64,000 bases of DNA from Promethearchaeota archaeon. GTDB lineage: Archaea; Asgardarchaeota; Thorarchaeia; Thorarchaeales; Thorarchaeaceae. Positions 59,897 to 64,000 of the stretch are shown here, piece by piece (position 1 is the first letter of the stretch; each line of letters opens with the position of its first letter). The notes beneath the pieces are model-generated. The model made no database searches, was not told the DNA's origin, and saw only the letters and a program-made list of their open reading frames with translations. Both the position numbers and the translations under genes were made by a program. The stretch spans positions 1 to 64,000 of the forward strand of contig WJMJ01000018.1 in NCBI GenBank assembly GCA_014728035.1. Direction: 5' to 3'.

Positions 59897-62497
59897 GTGA
59901 AAAAGCACACTCCTATGCAACGCCAATATCTAGAACTAAAAAGGCAGTATAAGGATTGCATTCTTCTTTTCAGACTAGGTGATTTCTATGAGATGTTCAA
60001 CGAGGATGCGAAGAAAGCTAGTCAAACCCTTGATATAGTTCTGACAGCAAGAGGGGAAGGAGTAGATAAATGGCCTATGTGTGGTGTTCCATATCATTCG
60101 GTTGAGGGGTATATAGCGAAGTTACTAGAGGCTGGTTATACAGTAGCAATCGCTGAACAGGTAGAGGATGCCTCTGAAGCGAAAGGTCTCGTAAAGAGGG
60201 ACGTTGTCAGAGTTATCACTCCCGGAACAATCCTTGAAAGCTCTATGTTAGAGGACAGCTCGAATAACTATCTCGCTGCTGTAGTCGAGCATGATAACGA
60301 AATTGGCATTGCCGCAGTCGATGTATCCACTGGAGAATTCGTAACAACACAGTTCAAGGGAAATCTACTTGGTGATCGTACTCTTAATGAGCTCGGTAGA
60401 TTGGGACCAGCAGAGGTGCTTCTTCCTGAGTCTACAATGGGGTCTCAGAGTGTCATCAGAACTTTCGAACCTCTGGACGCAAAAATTACGTTTAGAAGCG
60501 ATTTAGATTTTTCAGCTAGACAAGCAGAAGATCGATTAAAAGAACAGTTCAAAGTGACAACTTTGGATGGATTTGGTTTAAGTGACAAAAGAGTTGCAAT
60601 CGGTGCTGCTGGAGCAGTACTCGCATATCTTCATGATGTCCATAAAGCTAATGCTGTTACATTATCTGGGATTCGGACATATTCAATTGACAAACACATG
60701 ATTGTAGACCGAACAACTCAACGAAACTTGGAACTGCTCAAGAATGCAAGAGATGGATCTAAGAGAGGAACCTTACTCAGTGTACTGGATAAATCAAATA
60801 CACCGATGGGTAGAAGGATGCTCAGAAAATGGATTCTACAACCACTAATGGACATCGAACAAATAGACCAAAGACTTGACGCTATTGATGAGTTTGCCAG
60901 AAGCGCAATTGAACGGCAAGAAACTTCGAAAAGTCTCTCTAATCTTGGAGACCTCGAACGGATAACCAGCAGGGTAGTATTTGGAACTGGCGGAGCAAGA
61001 GACCTAGTTGCTTTGAGAAATGCTTTGGTGAGAATCCCAAAAATAAAGAAACGATTACAATCTTGTGAAGCAAAATTGGTTTGTAAATTAAATTCAGAAA
61101 TCAATCCGTTGAAAGAACTAAAAAAGACACTTGATACTGCACTTGTAGATGACCCACCAGTTAGTGTAAGAGAAGGGGGTATGATCAAAGATGGTTATAG
61201 TGATGAATTAGACCAGCTGAAACGAGGAATCTCGGACGATAAGAAATGGATTGCTTCCTTACAAGTTAGAGAACGTAGAAGAACAGGAATAAAATCTCTT
61301 AAAGTAGGCTTCAACAAAGTATTTGGCTATTATATCGAGGTGACCAAGGCAAATACTGACAAAATTCCAGATGATTATGAAAGAAAACAGACATTGACCA
61401 ATTCAGAGCGATACATCATCCCTGAACTAAAAGAAAAAGAAGCTAGCGTTCTGGCAGGTGAGGAAAAAATCAACCAGCTGGAATATAAACTATTTGAGGA
61501 GCTTAGGGACTTTGTAAAGAAACATGTTAGTGACCTAAGAAAGAATGCTGATGCTATCGCTACTATCGATGTGATTACATCTCTAGCAGAAGTTGCTGTT
61601 CTCAGAAAATACACTCGACCAAAACTAACTTCAGGAAAAAAAATCAAAATTGTTGATGGAAGACACCCCTCCATGGAAATGATACTTGGTCCAAATGAAT
61701 TTGTGCCAAATAGTATGGAAATTGGAGATGGCGGAGCTACTCTACTCATTGTCACAGGTCCAAATATGGCAGGCAAATCGACTTATATGCGTCAAGGAGC
61801 CATTATTACGCTCTTAGCTCAGATGGGAAGTTTCGTCCCTGCTAAATCCGCCGAGATTGGACTTGTTGATCGTATCTTCACAAGAGTAGGTGCTTTCGAT
61901 GATTTAACTGCGAGACAAAGCACTTTCATGGTTGAGATGGTCGAGACTGCTAATATCCTAAATAACGCCACTGACAAGAGTCTGGTAATCCTTGATGAAA
62001 TAGGTAGAGGAACTTCAACATTTGATGGAATGGCACTAGCATGGGCAGTAGCTGAGCAGATAGTTCAAATAAAATGTCGTACCCTATTTGCTACACACTT
62101 TCATCAGCTAACAGACATGGCATCTTCATATCATGGAGTTAAGAACGTTCATACCTTGGCTAGAGAAACTGGGGAGTCTATAGTATTTCTTCATAAGGTT
62201 GTTGAAGGAGGTACAGATAGAAGCTATGGTGTTCATGTTGCATCTTTAGCTGGAGTCCCACTTTCAGTAGTAAGACGAGCTCAACAATTACTAGTCAAGC
62301 TCGAAAAAGACAGCACAGTTGAATTGGGAGAGGGAATGCAAGATGCAGAAGAAGCCATTCAAACGAGTCTAGAAGCTTTAACAGTGGATGACCCTATTGT
62401 AGAACGTATCAAGCATATAGACCTCGATCGTATCACCCCAATCGATGCTTTGTTAAAACTGAAAGAGATGCAAGAAGAAGCGAAGGGACGAGGTTAG
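59897..62497 (+). CDS. mutS: DNA mismatch repair protein MutS (MutS1)
   Basis: TPMQRQY, FRLGDFYEMF, GPNMAGKSTY, STFMVEM, DEIGRGT and SYGVHVA. Confidence 0.97.
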   Translation: MKKHTPMQRQYLELKRQYKDCILLFRLGDFYEMFNEDAKKASQTLDIVLTARGEGVDKWPMCGVPYHSVEGYIAKLLEAGYTVAIAEQVEDASEAKGLVKRDVVRVITPGTILESSMLEDSSNNYLAAVVEHDNEIGIAAVDVSTGEFVTTQFKGNLLGDRTLNELGRLGPAEVLLPESTMGSQSVIRTFEPLDAKITFRSDLDFSARQAEDRLKEQFKVTTLDGFGLSDKRVAIGAAGAVLAYLHDVHKANAVTLSGIRTYSIDKHMIVDRTTQRNLELLKNARDGSKRGTLLSVLDKSNTPMGRRMLRKWILQPLMDIEQIDQRLDAIDEFARSAIERQETSKSLSNLGDLERITSRVVFGTGGARDLVALRNALVRIPKIKKRLQSCEAKLVCKLNSEINPLKELKKTLDTALVDDPPVSVREGGMIKDGYSDELDQLKRGISDDKKWIASLQVRERRRTGIKSLKVGFNKVFGYYIEVTKANTDKIPDDYERKQTLTNSERYIIPELKEKEASVLAGEEKINQLEYKLFEELRDFVKKHVSDLRKNADAIATIDVITSLAEVAVLRKYTRPKLTSGKKIKIVDGRHPSMEMILGPNEFVPNSMEIGDGGATLLIVTGPNMAGKSTYMRQGAIITLLAQMGSFVPAKSAEIGLVDRIFTRVGAFDDLTARQSTFMVEMVETANILNNATDKSLVILDEIGRGTSTFDGMALAWAVAEQIVQIKCRTLFATHFHQLTDMASSYHGVKNVHTLARETGESIVFLHKVVEGGTDRSYGVHVASLAGVPLSVVRRAQQLLVKLEKDSTVELGEGMQDAEEAIQTSLEALTVDDPIVERIKHIDLDRITPIDALLKLKEMQEEAKGRG

Positions 62498-62529
62498 AGA
62501 TATATACATTCCAGGAGTATTCTCCAGAA

Positions 62530-63321
62530 ATGATGATTCCGGAGGAAGAGAAGGAAAAGAGACTCAAAACCTATTCAGCTATATGTTGCATAGAGTTCAT
62601 TGTAATCTTACTAGTGGGATTTCTCATAGATTTTGATAATGACCTGCAATTCTATATATTCATGGCGATGATAGTAGGATTTTCTGTATTATGTATTAAC
62701 CATGGCTATAATTCTCTGATAAAACCTGAAATCGATTTAGATAAACTCAAGACAGCAGAGCCTTATCTACAGGGTGAAACTATCTGGTCTAACGAAGTGA
62801 TTCAAGCTCCTCTCAGTGATGATGCTGAATATTTGCTGAAATTATCAAAAGATGGAAACAAATATGGGATTCTAAAACGAGGGGATAGCATAGAAGTAAT
62901 TGACGAGATTCCACCAAGTACCATAGAGCTGTTTTCGAATCCGCGAAATCTAGATGCATTTCTCTATTACAAAATCGAAGAACATACAAGATTGCGGTCA
63001 CTTATCAAGTCATCAATAATCATTGGAGTAGTGTGGTTTGTTGTTGGTTACTGGGTATTATCCCCTCTATTTCAGATTCTCCCGCTCTCCTTCTTTAATT
63101 GGTTTGGAATATTGGAATCCATTACCATTTTTGGTACTTTATTTCTAGTAGTAAGTCTAAGATGGATACATCATTTGAAAACAATTGATACTGACATGTA
63201 TCTTCAGTATACAGAATTTGTTGAGGTATTGGAGATTCTAAGAGATAATGCTCCTACATCATATAAAAGAAGAGAATACCAAGAAAAATTAGACAGAATC
63301 AGAGAACAGGGCTATATCTAG
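62530..63321 (+). CDS. Hypothetical membrane protein (4 TM)
   Basis: AGGAG RBS; two pairs of hydrophobic helices. Confidence 0.65.
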   Translation: MMIPEEEKEKRLKTYSAICCIEFIVILLVGFLIDFDNDLQFYIFMAMIVGFSVLCINHGYNSLIKPEIDLDKLKTAEPYLQGETIWSNEVIQAPLSDDAEYLLKLSKDGNKYGILKRGDSIEVIDEIPPSTIELFSNPRNLDAFLYYKIEEHTRLRSLIKSSIIIGVVWFVVGYWVLSPLFQILPLSFFNWFGILESITIFGTLFLVVSLRWIHHLKTIDTDMYLQYTEFVEVLEILRDNAPTSYKRREYQEKLDRIREQGYI

Positions 63322-63486
63322 TTTTGTGAATTCTATCAAGATAAGAAATCAAATCAATAGCATCTCAGAAACTTAGTTGAAGTATAACCGATACAATTAG
63401 AAAGCAATATCTAAATTATAATTTAGAAAGAAGCAAGCATCAAAAGATTTGATTATTTCTTCAGAACTGAATTTGTGGTGAAATAA

Positions 63487-63789
63487 TTGGGAATTAAAAG
63501 ACATCTGAAAAAGATGAATGACCTACGTGAAAAACAGAAAGAATGCTTGGAGAAGCAAGAGAAAAGGTTCAAGAACTTGTTTGACGATTTATTCATGACC
63601 GATAACTACATTGCACTTGAGATCATGCAAGAACATCTGTACTTACATCCATTTAAAGAAAAAGCACTCGAGGAACTTCGTGTATTAGTGCGAGGTTACG
63701 GAAAAAACTATCATGTCATTCCAATTGTCAGTGAAGGAAAACTGTACGTGACTTTTGCTCGACCTCCATATCCCCCTCCAGAAAGATAA
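63487..63789 (+). CDS. Hypothetical protein
   Basis: 100-aa ORF, TTG start after GGTGA. Confidence 0.5.
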   Translation: MGIKRHLKKMNDLREKQKECLEKQEKRFKNLFDDLFMTDNYIALEIMQEHLYLHPFKEKALEELRVLVRGYGKNYHVIPIVSEGKLYVTFARPPYPPPER

Positions 63790-64000
63790 GGGATATTTCA
63801 GTAGAGAAAAGCTCCACTGGATATTAGTTATTGTAATCCTTTCATCCTTGACAAATAACCCATCGTAGGTGTAATAATGTCACTTCCCTAACTTGTGAAT
63901 GTTGGCTATTCATGCATTACTGCTAAATCAGATTGGTAGAGTGAAGCTTAAATATCGCGAAAGTAGTCCCGAGCTTGAAAGACAGAACGGTTTCAAATGA

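Noticed and set aside
59765-59926. N-terminal extension of the repeat protein
   Set aside because: Overlaps the mutS start and its promoter region; the repeats begin at ATG 59764
59897-62497. mutS without adjacent mutL as an anomaly
   Set aside because: mutL may lie elsewhere in the genome; separation of the two genes is common
128-63001. Many 60-156 aa ORFs nested in or antisense to larger genes
   Set aside because: They are shadows of well-supported genes and carry no independent motifs
1-64000. CRISPR arrays, IS elements, integrases, rRNA or tRNA genes
   Set aside because: No regularly spaced DNA repeats, transposase or recombinase motifs, or recognisable structural RNA genes seen by eye; a tRNAscan/Infernal run would be needed to be sure

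Overview
AT-rich archaeal chromosomal segment, most likely an Asgard archaeon (Thorarchaeia-like). This assignment is inferred from gene content: a TPR-longin fusion, an FG-GAP/Ig surface protein, an archaeal SSB, ACD, geranylgeranyl reductase and a group 3b hydrogenase. The window encodes oxidative-stress genes (flavodiiron protein, rubrerythrin, NADH oxidase/CoADR family), a NUDIX plus double-macrodomain locus, a 1830-aa FG-GAP/Ig/~7-TM surface protein, a complete group 3b [NiFe] hydrogenase operon, a ~2090-aa polytopic membrane protein, an ankyrin protein and MutS. The main result is an unusual complex I-like system. The operon (A-J-K-C-D-H-I-M'-L-M-N) has four antiporter-like subunits, no NuoB and no NuoEFG/FpoF input module. 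The missing NuoB lies about 8 kb upstream, fused in frame to the C-terminus of a GlcD/D-lactate-dehydrogenase-type FAD oxidoreductase. That gene is divergent from a GlcF/HdrD-type Fe-S protein and sits next to menA, a long-chain prenyl synthase and a prenyl reductase. Together these suggest a flavin-fed, (mena)quinone-linked ion-pumping complex. No rRNA, tRNA, CRISPR array or mobile element was recognised. All calls come from reading motifs by eye; no database search was run.
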